From positions 1-62,788 of the forward strand of contig DRHN01000405.1 of assembly GCA_011049595.1 (NCBI GenBank): a stretch of 62,788 bases of DNA, read 5' to 3'. Origin of the DNA: Spirochaetota bacterium. Lineage in GTDB: Bacteria; Spirochaetota; B62-G9; DRHN01. The translations under genes and the position numbers were made by a program. Under the pieces are notes generated by a model. The model saw only the letters and a program-made list of their open reading frames with translations, did not search any database and was not told where the DNA came from. Shown here in pieces: positions 18,072-26,875 of the stretch; position 1 is the stretch's first letter; every line of letters begins with the position of its first letter.

Positions 18072-18347
18072 TTAGTATTCATCATCCGTTATTTTCTCGA
18101 CCCTTACCGGATAAACGGGTATTCCTTTTACTTTATTGCACCACTCGAGAAACTCTGACGGCTCCCACCTGTTGCTGATCTTAAACTCGTATATCATCTG
18201 CTCCAGCCCCGCACCGGTTAGATGAGTTGCAACGACATAGGGGTCATGCTTATTGTCCCGGCCGCCGAAATCATAAAAACTCAAACTATCAAGAACAAGC
18301 CTGGTTATGGGTTTTGTCAACTTCTGGAGCTTATCAACATATTCCAT
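18072..18347 (-). CDS. Hypothetical 91-aa protein downstream of the hybrid kinase
   Basis: The ORF is co-oriented with the kinase and starts 53 nt after it. No motif recognised. Confidence 0.4.
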   Translation of the reverse strand: MEYVDKLQKLTKPITRLVLDSLSFYDFGGRDNKHDPYVVATHLTGAGLEQMIYEFKISNRWEPSEFLEWCNKVKGIPVYPVRVEKITDDEY

Positions 18348-18400
18348 TCCACCCCCGAAAACCCCGCTTATATATTTTTATTACGTTTATCGGTGATCGT

Positions 18401-20725
18401 TCAGTTGCCGGAAAAGAGGCTTCTTTGAGAATTACTTTTTATGATATTGTTCATTACCTTGATTATTTCATCAAAAGAAAAGGGCTTTCGCAGATAGTAC
18501 CCTTTGATCTCCTTTAAAAATGACCTTGTCTCACTGTTCATAGTATCGCCTGTAATAAATAATAATTTGTTTAGAAGCTCTGGTTTACTGTCTTTTATCT
18601 CATTGTAAAACTTTTTTCCATCCATCTCCGGCATCTTTATGTCCGTGATGATAAGCTCCACATCTTTTTCCTCCAGCTTTGACAGCGCTTCACTTCCGGA
18701 CCCCGCTGTTATGACGGAAAAACCCTTTCTTTTAAAGAAGTCTTCCAGAAGATTAACTATTACCGGTTCATCATCAACCACAAGTATTGACTCTCCATGA
18801 GCAGAGATTTCACTTTTTTCTGAAGACTCTTCCTCGGCCTCATTCGCCTCTTTTTCAACCGGCGGCAGGGAAATAACAAAGGTTTTCCAGTTTTTACTGC
18901 TTTTAACATTGATCTCGCCATCATGGTCTCTTATAATCCCGTAGGACGTGGAAAGCCCGAGGCCGGTGCCTTTACCAACCTCTTTTGTGGTAAAAAAAGG
19001 ATCAAAGATCTGCCCCATGACCTCCCCCGGGATCTCTCTGCCGTTATCCGACACTTCAATAATTACTTTTTTCCTGGTTTTATTGAAAGACGTGCGCAGC
19101 TTTATGGTCCCTCCGCTCCCTAACTCGTTGATAGCGTGCTCCGCGTTGATGATCAAGTTGAGCATTACCTGCTGCAGCCGGACAAAATTCGCTTTAATTG
19201 CGGGAACATCTTCCTGCAGATCACATTTTACATTTATATCGTTGACCCTCAACTCGTATTCTCTCAGTGAAACTGTTTGATGGATTACGTCATTAATATC
19301 TATTATCTCTTTTTCGACATTTTCCCTTCGGGCAAACTTTAGAAGGTCCTTGACAATTGTCCTTGCCCTTTTTATAGAATCGAGTATATTACCGAGCTTT
19401 TCTTTCTTCTCATCATCATCCTCGGAGTCCATGGTCAGCAGCTCGGTATATCCCATGGCGCTGAAAAGAGGGTTGTTGAGCTCATGAGCTACACCCGAAA
19501 CGAGCTGCCCGATGGCAGCCAATTTTTCAGATTGTACCAGCTGCTCCTGTGTCTGCTTCAATTGCTCTATTGTCTCGGTGAGCTCCTGGTTCGCCTTCAA
19601 GGTTTCTTCGCTCATCCGCTTGTACTTTTCTTCCGCCTCCTTCCTCCGTGTTATGTCCCTGAGGATCATCATGATGTTGACAGAGCCGTCCGGATTTTTC
19701 AACGGGGATGACGTGATATCAAGGATCCTGCCATCCTCTCTTCTGAGCTCCCATTTTACCGAATACTTTTTCTTTATACTGTCCCATTTACAGAAAGAGC
19801 AGGGCTTTGTCTTGTTATAAAACAGTGCATAGCATTTTTTGTCCAGAGGTTCTGAGACCTGTTTAGCAAATGATTCATTGATAAATTTTATATTATAATC
19901 CTCATCAGCTACATAGATCCAGTCAACCATACTGTTGAGAATATCGACAACTTTTTTTCTTTCAGATTCTATCTCCCTTTCAAGGGTAACATGCTTTGTT
20001 ACATCCTGGATCGTTCCAATGACGCCTTTAAGATCACTTTCAGGGGCAAACCGTGATTCGTTTATTTCAATAAATATGCTGCTTCCACTCTTAACTTTAA
20101 AAGAGAGTACATAAGGCTCAACATTGATGCCCGATATTATTTTTTCGTGATTTGATTGAAAAATTTCCCGGTCCTGCCTGGACAATAATGACTTGAAATT
20201 ATTGCGGAATTCTTCTTCGGAATAACCGAACAGCCTTTCAACTGAACTGCTGACATATAATATTTTACCGTATACATTCAAAAGAAAAACAGCCTCATTC
20301 ATACCTTCTACGATCGTGCGGTATTTGAACTCGGCTTCAGCTAATTTATTCTTTAACAGGTACTCCTGCATTACCTTTTCAATAAGGAAAGGCAGCTTCC
20401 CGAAGTTTTCCTCACTCTTACAAAGATATTCATAAACCCCGAGCTTAATGGCTTTTACAGCCACATCAACCTCTTCGGCGGCGGTCATCATTATAATAGG
20501 CGTGTCGATCCCCATCCCATGGATCCATCGGACGAGCTCGATCCCGTTTGCGCCATGCAACCTGTAGTCGACGACAACAACATCGTATTCATTTTTTTCC
20601 AGAAAATGGATGGCGTCGTTCACATCTCCCGCTGTTTGGACTTGTATTTCTTTATAGCGGTCCTTGATTTTTTTCGTCAGAATTACCTGATGGTCAGGAT
20701 TATCTTCAACAATCAGCACCTTCAT
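18401..20725 (-). CDS. Hybrid sensor histidine kinase / response regulator (REC, 2x PAS, HisKA, HATPase_c, REC)
   Basis: N-terminal REC (KVLIVEDN...DYRLHGANG). PAS with CYALFYNKTKPCSFC. H-box SGVAHELNNPL. G-boxes DNGREI and [10 protein letters not shown]-terminal REC (ILVVDDE...DIKMPEMDG). The track start at 20743 is TTG; the ATG at 20725 is preferred. Confidence 0.85.
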   Translation of the reverse strand: MKVLIVEDNPDHQVILTKKIKDRYKEIQVQTAGDVNDAIHFLEKNEYDVVVVDYRLHGANGIELVRWIHGMGIDTPIIMMTAAEEVDVAVKAIKLGVYEYLCKSEENFGKLPFLIEKVMQEYLLKNKLAEAEFKYRTIVEGMNEAVFLLNVYGKILYVSSSVERLFGYSEEEFRNNFKSLLSRQDREIFQSNHEKIISGINVEPYVLSFKVKSGSSIFIEINESRFAPESDLKGVIGTIQDVTKHVTLEREIESERKKVVDILNSMVDWIYVADEDYNIKFINESFAKQVSEPLDKKCYALFYNKTKPCSFCKWDSIKKKYSVKWELRREDGRILDITSSPLKNPDGSVNIMMILRDITRRKEAEEKYKRMSEETLKANQELTETIEQLKQTQEQLVQSEKLAAIGQLVSGVAHELNNPLFSAMGYTELLTMDSEDDDEKKEKLGNILDSIKRARTIVKDLLKFARRENVEKEIIDINDVIHQTVSLREYELRVNDINVKCDLQEDVPAIKANFVRLQQVMLNLIINAEHAINELGSGGTIKLRTSFNKTRKKVIIEVSDNGREIPGEVMGQIFDPFFTTKEVGKGTGLGLSTSYGIIRDHDGEINVKSSKNWKTFVISLPPVEKEANEAEEESSEKSEISAHGESILVVDDEPVIVNLLEDFFKRKGFSVITAGSGSEALSKLEEKDVELIITDIKMPEMDGKKFYNEIKDSKPELLNKLLFITGDTMNSETRSFLKEIKGYYLRKPFSFDEIIKVMNNIIKSNSQRSLFSGN

Positions 20726-20897
20726 CGGAACCCCGTTTGACAATAAGCGCGCTTTATATCATCTCTTTAACATAAAGCACTGATATTATACCTTTACGAC
20801 GCAAATGAATAACAGATAAAAGGCTTTTGCACGATCTCTTACCGCGCTGATAATATATACTAATGATAATATATATAAAAATGGAAGATCGAGCTGA

Positions 20898-21815
20898 TTA
20901 AAACAGCCTCCTGCGGCCCTTGATCTTTCCCGACACAAGCTTAATATATTCAGGGGTAGTGCCGCAGCACCCTCCGACGACCGTAGCACCCGCTTTAACA
21001 GATTCATCTAAAAACGCGATCATCTGCAGAGGTGTCTGCTCAAAAACTGTCATACCACCCTTGAGCTTCGGAAGCCCCGCATTTGGGTAGAGCAAAAGGG
21101 GAATATCCATCAGGCTTCGCATCTCATAAATAACGTCTATGTACTCCTCTACAAGCCCGCAGTTCGTCCCCACACCATCGGCTCCCGCTTCGGTCAACCG
21201 GATCACAGTGTCCTTTACTGTATCTCCAAACAGTGTCCGGAATTCACCTTTTTTTGTTTTATTAAAAACCGTTGAAACCAGAACAGGCAGTTTTGTCTCT
21301 TTTTTAAGTGCCCTGACGGCAGCCTCCGCCTCTCTGAGATCGATCATTGTCTCGACCGTAAACAGATCGACCCCTGCTTCAGCAAGAATGGCCCCCTGTT
21401 CCAGATAATTATTTTCCACTTTCAGCCCATCTACTTCCATCCCGAATATTTTTCCTGTCGGGCCAACGGACCCTGAAACATACCTGTTATCCTCAGGCAC
21501 TTTATTTATTTCACGGAACTCTTTTAACGCAACACGCGCCAGCTGGGCTCCGCGAACGTTCAATTCCCTTAGAAGCCCCTGTTTTCCATTTGCCTCTAAT
21601 TTCAGGGAAGACGCGCCGAAAGTATTGGTTTCGACTATCTGGGCGCCGGCCATAAAATAATCGAGATGGATATCTGTTAATATTTCCGGATGGCTGATAT
21701 TCCAATCTTCCGGAATTTCCCCTGAAGATAACCCTTTTTCGTGAAGAAGCGTTCCGAGCGCTCCGTCAAGGACCGCGTACTCCTCTGAGATAAGCTTTAA
21801 AAAATCGTTATTCAT
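20898..21815 (-). CDS. Homocysteine S-methyltransferase domain protein (MetH N-terminal-module-like)
   Basis: 305 aa. Motifs: VLDGALGT, ETNTFGAS, and the zinc-ligand cysteines in GTNCGL and GGCCGTTPEYI. Confidence 0.8.
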   Translation of the reverse strand: MNNDFLKLISEEYAVLDGALGTLLHEKGLSSGEIPEDWNISHPEILTDIHLDYFMAGAQIVETNTFGASSLKLEANGKQGLLRELNVRGAQLARVALKEFREINKVPEDNRYVSGSVGPTGKIFGMEVDGLKVENNYLEQGAILAEAGVDLFTVETMIDLREAEAAVRALKKETKLPVLVSTVFNKTKKGEFRTLFGDTVKDTVIRLTEAGADGVGTNCGLVEEYIDVIYEMRSLMDIPLLLYPNAGLPKLKGGMTVFEQTPLQMIAFLDESVKAGATVVGGCCGTTPEYIKLVSGKIKGRRRLF

Positions 21816-22010
21816 AAAAAAACCCTAGCATGCTTTTGTATATAAAATTTGCGATTAATTATCTGTTGCCTTATTTATAATATGCCTATAACCTGAAAGT
21901 ACAAAGAAAATTTAAAAAAAAAATAAGCTGAAAACGGATTATTTTTTAGAATTATTTTTCTTAATAGATTAAAATTAATATATTATGAGGTACTGGAGAA
22001 AAGTTGTTTT

Positions 22011-22376
22011 ATGGGAAAAAATATTCTGATCGCCGAAGACGATAAAAACATAGCGAAACTGATAAAAGAGATCGTTGAAAGAAAAGGAAACACAGCCATT
22101 GTGACTGTGGATGGTGATGAAGCGTACACGGTCTTCAGCAGTATCAAGTTCGATCTGATAATTACGGACCTGAAGATGCCGAAAAAAGACGGAATGAGCC
22201 TGATAAAAATGATAAGAGAAAAAAACAGGGATATTCCGATTATAATCATAACCGGTTACGGTTCAGATAAAAACAGGGCGCTCGCAAAGAGTTACGGGGT
22301 AACCACAATTCTTTCTAAACCCTGTTCCATTGTAGATATTACCCAGGCGATAGACGGCACTTTAAATAACAACTAG
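22011..22376 (+). CDS. Single-domain response regulator (CheY-like)
   Basis: 121 aa. Motifs: ILIAEDD, DLIITDLKMPKKDG, SKP. Confidence 0.85.
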   Translation: MGKNILIAEDDKNIAKLIKEIVERKGNTAIVTVDGDEAYTVFSSIKFDLIITDLKMPKKDGMSLIKMIREKNRDIPIIIITGYGSDKNRALAKSYGVTTILSKPCSIVDITQAIDGTLNNN

Positions 22377-22485
22377 CGCTTTTCAAAAACCCTGTTTTGC
22401 ACACATTCTTACAATAAAACAAACATAACCAATGGCTGTTGCCGAATCTCCGTACAATATTTATATTAAAAAAGGGTGAACAATC

Positions 22486-24117
22486 ATGAAAGAAATCAAA
22501 TGGCACATAGGTCTGGCCCTGTCTTTAGCATCCTCTTTTCTTCTTCTTTTTTCCTTTCCTATGTACAACGTACACATTCTCGGTTTTATAGCTCTTGTCC
22601 CCATCTTTTTTATAGCCTACTCGTTAAATGGGAAAAAAATGGCGATATACGGGATCGTGAGCGGTTTTTTATTCTACAGTTTATACCTCTTCTGGATGAA
22701 CGCCTACCTCGCGGTAGTCGGTGTCGGGTTTGTAACTATCGTTTATGGTGGATATTTTGTCATAACACTTATATTTGTAAATCTTGCGGCTCGAGCTTTC
22801 GGGGCCTACAGGGTGATCCTCACTCCCTTTATCTGGATTGGGATGGAGTATATAAGGAGCTTCGGTTTTCTGGGGTTTACATTCGGCTCGATCGGATACA
22901 CACAGCACGGCTTTTTAAAGTTTATACAGATCGCGGATATCGGCGGAGAGCCTCTCGTATCCTTTATTATTGTATTTTTCAACGCAAGTATAGCTAACAT
23001 GCTTGTCCAGCTTTTTTACAGGCAATCCGACCAGTTGTTGGATAGTGCCCCTAAAAAAACGATGGTGAACAGTATACTGCCTATCTCTCTTTCACTATGC
23101 CTTATCCTGTTCAGCCTCATCTATGGATCCATACGTATAAAGGAGCCGATCCCTGAAAACCCTAAAATGAGACTTTCGCTGATACAGGCGCTCAGCAGCC
23201 CGCGGACATCATGGAAAGAAGATAAACTAAAAACCCTTTTCAAGCTCCTTGACATGAGCAGAAAAAGCCAAAAAGAGCACCCGGACACAGACCTGATTGT
23301 CTGGTCTGAAACCGCAATAAGGACGAGCCTGAGACCCAATTTAATATACGGGACCGCCTATCATATGAAGATCCGGCGCCTGATCAAAAAACTCGACACT
23401 TATTTCGTTATTGGCTCCCCTGACAACTACAGCATCAAGAGTGACAGCGGAGTTGACCCTGATAGGCTGACCTCGATATTACCGGGAAAGGGTGACGAAG
23501 AGGTGTGGACAAACAGCGCGTATTTTCTCGATAAGGATGGAGAAATAATTTCAAAATACGATAAAATGCAGCTCACACCTTTTGGGGAACATTTTCCCCT
23601 CGGGAAAAAAGTTCGCTTTCTACAGAAGATATTGGACAAATTTACCGATAGCGCCGGGTTTACAAAGGGCGCTGAATACACAGTATTCGAACATGAAAAA
23701 CTCAATTTCAGCGTGGTTATTTGCTGGGAGGGTACCTACGGGTACATGATCCGGAATTTTATCAGAAACGGGGCTGATTTTATAATAAACATATCCAACG
23801 ACATGTGGACCGAGACTGATGCCGGACATTTTCAGCACTTTTCGATTACAAAATTCAGGGCGATCGAAAACAGGGTGTGGTTCGCACGGGCTGCCAACGA
23901 CGGAGTAACAGCCATTATCAATCCTCACGGGGAGGTAGTAAAAATTATCCCCATAAAAGAGATCGGTTACCTATCAGGAACCGTTGGCCCGAGAGTGAGG
24001 GAGACCTTTTACACAAAGCATGGGGACATTCTCCCCAAAATAAGCATCGCCGTTTTGATTATTTCATTTGTTTTTTCCATTTTTATATTGATAAAACGAC
24101 ACGAAAGGGCGAAATAG
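22486..24117 (+). CDS. lnt: Apolipoprotein N-acyltransferase
   Basis: 543 aa. Multi-TM N-terminal half, then a CN-hydrolase domain (IVWSETAI, VVICWEG), then a terminal TM helix. Confidence 0.8.
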   Translation: MKEIKWHIGLALSLASSFLLLFSFPMYNVHILGFIALVPIFFIAYSLNGKKMAIYGIVSGFLFYSLYLFWMNAYLAVVGVGFVTIVYGGYFVITLIFVNLAARAFGAYRVILTPFIWIGMEYIRSFGFLGFTFGSIGYTQHGFLKFIQIADIGGEPLVSFIIVFFNASIANMLVQLFYRQSDQLLDSAPKKTMVNSILPISLSLCLILFSLIYGSIRIKEPIPENPKMRLSLIQALSSPRTSWKEDKLKTLFKLLDMSRKSQKEHPDTDLIVWSETAIRTSLRPNLIYGTAYHMKIRRLIKKLDTYFVIGSPDNYSIKSDSGVDPDRLTSILPGKGDEEVWTNSAYFLDKDGEIISKYDKMQLTPFGEHFPLGKKVRFLQKILDKFTDSAGFTKGAEYTVFEHEKLNFSVVICWEGTYGYMIRNFIRNGADFIINISNDMWTETDAGHFQHFSITKFRAIENRVWFARAANDGVTAIINPHGEVVKIIPIKEIGYLSGTVGPRVRETFYTKHGDILPKISIAVLIISFVFSIFILIKRHERAK

Positions 24118-24151
24118 AAAGTTTTTGAAGCGATGATCCGGAGCGATATTT

Positions 24152-24766
24152 ATGGATTTTAAAAGAATAATCCTTTTACGCCACGGGGAGAGCAGGGATA
24201 ATATCAAAAAGGTGCTGTCCGGCAGGTCTGACCCGGATTTGACCCCTGCCGGGAATAAACAGGCGAAGAAAGCTTCCCGGTTCATTAAAAAAAGATTTGC
24301 CACGGTCGACATAATCTTCACAAGCCCTTTAAAAAGGGCGTACTCCACGGCGCAGTCTGTTTCGAAACAGCTGAAAGTACCCATACAGGAAGAGGAGCTT
24401 CTGATAGAAACGAACTTCGGGAGCTGGGAAAGGTCAGGAAAGAACGAGCTTTCCAAAAAACCCGGCTGGGACACATACACAAAAGACCCTTTTCACTTCA
24501 ATTTCCCGGGAGGCGAATCTCCCCAGGATGTTAAAAAAAGGGTCCTGGCTTTTAAAGAAAAGTTATCCAGAGACAACGGCTGGAACAGCGTGGTCATTGT
24601 TTCACACTACACACCCATCGCATTTTTCATATTGAGCGCCATAGGCGACGGGGACGCAGGCCGCGCCGGGTTCAAGATCGACAACGCGGGCCTGTCAGTC
24701 ATTGAAATGGCCCGGGATTATGAATATATCAGGATGCTGAACTTTGTGCCGTGGGAAAGGTATTGA
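24152..24766 (+). CDS. Histidine phosphatase family protein (CobC/alpha-ribazole phosphatase-like by context)
   Basis: 204 aa. LLRHGESRDN and VSHY motifs. It ends 3 nt before cobU. Confidence 0.7.
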   Translation: MDFKRIILLRHGESRDNIKKVLSGRSDPDLTPAGNKQAKKASRFIKKRFATVDIIFTSPLKRAYSTAQSVSKQLKVPIQEEELLIETNFGSWERSGKNELSKKPGWDTYTKDPFHFNFPGGESPQDVKKRVLAFKEKLSRDNGWNSVVIVSHYTPIAFFILSAIGDGDAGRAGFKIDNAGLSVIEMARDYEYIRMLNFVPWERY

Positions 24767-24769
24767 AAA

Positions 24770-25285
24770 ATGCCTTATACTTTTATTACCGGCGGAGCAA
24801 GCTCAGGAAAAAGTGATTTCGCTCTTGAGTTGTTTAGAGACCGGAGCTCTGTCACTTTTATCGCGACCGGTGTCGCTTCCGACCCCGAAATGGATCAGAA
24901 GATCCGGCTGCATAAAATGCAAAGGCCTTCGCACTGGGACACTATCGAGGAGCCGGTTGATCTTATAAGAGCTGTCCGCAGCGTAAAAAAAGAGCGCGGG
25001 GCCGTTATTCTTGACTGCCTGACCTTCTGGGTATCCAACCTAATTCACGACAGAAACCTTGCCCCGGATAAAATAATCGAGCTCGCCGCGAAGACAGCCG
25101 GTTTTCTGAAAACCTCCGAAAAAAACACCCTGATCGTGACAAACGAGCTTGGCATGGGTATAATCCCCGGTTCCCGGGAAGTGAGAGAATACAGGAACAT
25201 CGCGGGAAAAGTCAACGGGATCTTTGCGGGCATGAGCGAAACAGCCTATTTTGTGGTCAGCGGAATAGGGATGAAGATCAAGTAA
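24770..25285 (+). CDS. cobU: Adenosylcobinamide kinase / adenosylcobinamide-phosphate guanylyltransferase
   Basis: 171 aa. P-loop FITGGASSGKSDFA, with typical CobU/CobP length and pattern (DCLTFWVSN, TNELGMGI). Confidence 0.85.
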   Translation: MPYTFITGGASSGKSDFALELFRDRSSVTFIATGVASDPEMDQKIRLHKMQRPSHWDTIEEPVDLIRAVRSVKKERGAVILDCLTFWVSNLIHDRNLAPDKIIELAAKTAGFLKTSEKNTLIVTNELGMGIIPGSREVREYRNIAGKVNGIFAGMSETAYFVVSGIGMKIK

Positions 25286-25730
25286 AAAGTGTTGAAAACT
25301 CTTATTGGTTCTTATACGCTTCATCCATCGCGATCAGAGCGGCCCTGAGAGCGCCTATCATCTGGGGTTCTTCGGGGACCTCTATGTCCACATCCGGATT
25401 TTGTGGAATCATCCTTACCGGGACCATTCACGCAGCATCGAGGAGCTCTTCCACAGTAAAGGGGCACAGAAAACCGGCCTTTTTATTGCTGTCGGGCCCG
25501 CTTAAACCGGTGAGATGCTGTTTAAGGTCCAAAACTATTTTTCCCAATATATTTTTATTTTCATTGATAATTTTGAAATTTAATTTTATTATACTTTTGC
25601 GTCTACAAATATTTATTATCATTTATTCACTCAAAGTATCCATACCTCTTCTAATCTTTGTTCAATAATCAAAAAAAGGAAGTGTGGTTTGACTGCGGGT
25701 GAATAATATTGTTTACTTATGGAGGACAAA

Positions 25731-26564
25731 ATGTCCGTATTTATCGATAAATCGACCAGAGTTCTGATACAGGGGATAACAACCACCGAAGGAAGACAGC
25801 AAACGAGTCTTATGCTGGAATACAAGACCGAGGTCGTCGCCGGGGTGACACCCGGGCGTTACGGTCAGGAAGTCATGGGTGTTCCAGTCTATGATAAAGT
25901 GAGCGAAGCTGTAAAGAGACACAATATTGACCTATCAGCAATATTTGTGCCGAAAAATGCTGTTCTTGACGCGGCAATAGAAGCTATCAATGAAAAAATA
26001 CCCGTTCTGGTGATTATCACAGGTGATATACCGGTGACAGAGACGATAAAGATAAAAAAATTGGCTGCTAAAAACGGGATCAGTGTAATAGGGCCCGGTT
26101 CCGCGGGGATCCTGATACCGGAGAAAAGCAAGGTCGGGATAATTTCAAATGAATATGTCTCATCCGGTGAAGTCGGGATCATTTCGAGATCAAAAGAAAA
26201 TGAAAAACGAATCTGCCAGAGCCTCTACAAGGAGGAGGTGGGTGTAAGCACCATTGTGAGCCTTGGAGGTGATAACATAATCGGTACAGGATTTGTCGAA
26301 ATTTTAAAGATGCTCGAAGATGATGAGGACACACAGGTCGTGGTAATCGGTGGTGAGACAAAAGGGCGTCTTGAGGAAGACGCCGCGCGGTACATTCAGG
26401 AAAGCGGATACTCAAAGCCGGTCATCGCATACATCTTTAAAAAAGAACCTGACAACGGGATGGCTGCCGAAAAGGAGAAGATGTTCCGGGAGGCCGGCGT
26501 CACAGTTGTTGACGATATATGGGAGATCGGACAGATAATAAGCGAAGCCACAATAGAAGAGTAA
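25731..26564 (+). CDS. Succinyl-CoA synthetase alpha-subunit-like (CoA-ligase fold) protein lacking the phosphohistidine loop
   Basis: Colinear with SucD as I remember it: MSVFIDKSTRVLIQGIT...AGVTPG...VPVY...IFVP...ITGDIP...IGPGSAGI...GIISRS...SLGGD. The region where SucD has ...[14 protein letters not shown]... is deleted (KKEPDNGMAAEKEKMF). The ATG at 25731 behind GGAGGA is preferred over 25719. Confidence 0.7.
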   Translation: MSVFIDKSTRVLIQGITTTEGRQQTSLMLEYKTEVVAGVTPGRYGQEVMGVPVYDKVSEAVKRHNIDLSAIFVPKNAVLDAAIEAINEKIPVLVIITGDIPVTETIKIKKLAAKNGISVIGPGSAGILIPEKSKVGIISNEYVSSGEVGIISRSKENEKRICQSLYKEEVGVSTIVSLGGDNIIGTGFVEILKMLEDDEDTQVVVIGGETKGRLEEDAARYIQESGYSKPVIAYIFKKEPDNGMAAEKEKMFREAGVTVVDDIWEIGQIISEATIEE

Positions 26565-26587
26565 AAAACCACCCGTAAAGCAGGTGG
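26563..26587 (-). terminator. Intrinsic terminator candidate ending the fabF-containing minus-strand unit
   Basis: Minus-strand RNA reads CCACCUGCUUUACGGGUGG followed by UUUUUU. The stem is 5 bp and GC-rich. Confidence 0.5.
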
Positions 26588-26632
26588 CTTGACAGATCAA
26601 AATTCAACCCTTTTCACTGCCGGGGGAGCATT

Positions 26633-26752
26633 TTATTCAGCTTCATTTTCAATCACCTGAACGAGATAGGCGTCGTAACTATTTTCAGCAAGTTTCTCCT
26701 GTATTGATTTGATCCTCTTTTCAAATTCTATGTCCGGAAGTTCTGTCATCAT
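26633..26752 (-). CDS. 39-aa ORF with a strong SD; either a small protein or an N-terminal remnant of a Xaa-Pro peptidase-like gene
   Basis: MMTELPDIEFEKRIKSIQEKLAENSYDAYLVQVIENEAE. AAGGAG lies 7 nt upstream of the ATG. The ORF sits between fabF and the terminator. It is too short for the ORF track. Confidence 0.35.
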   Translation of the reverse strand: MMTELPDIEFEKRIKSIQEKLAENSYDAYLVQVIENEAE

Positions 26753-26875
26753 TGTTGAGGCTCCTTGAAATAATGTATTAATACATGATAGAAAACATTA
26801 ATCATGTGTCAACTGATTTTTTATTGAATACTGGAAAGATCGCCCGGGGGACCACCCTTTTTTTTCGCAGGAAGA

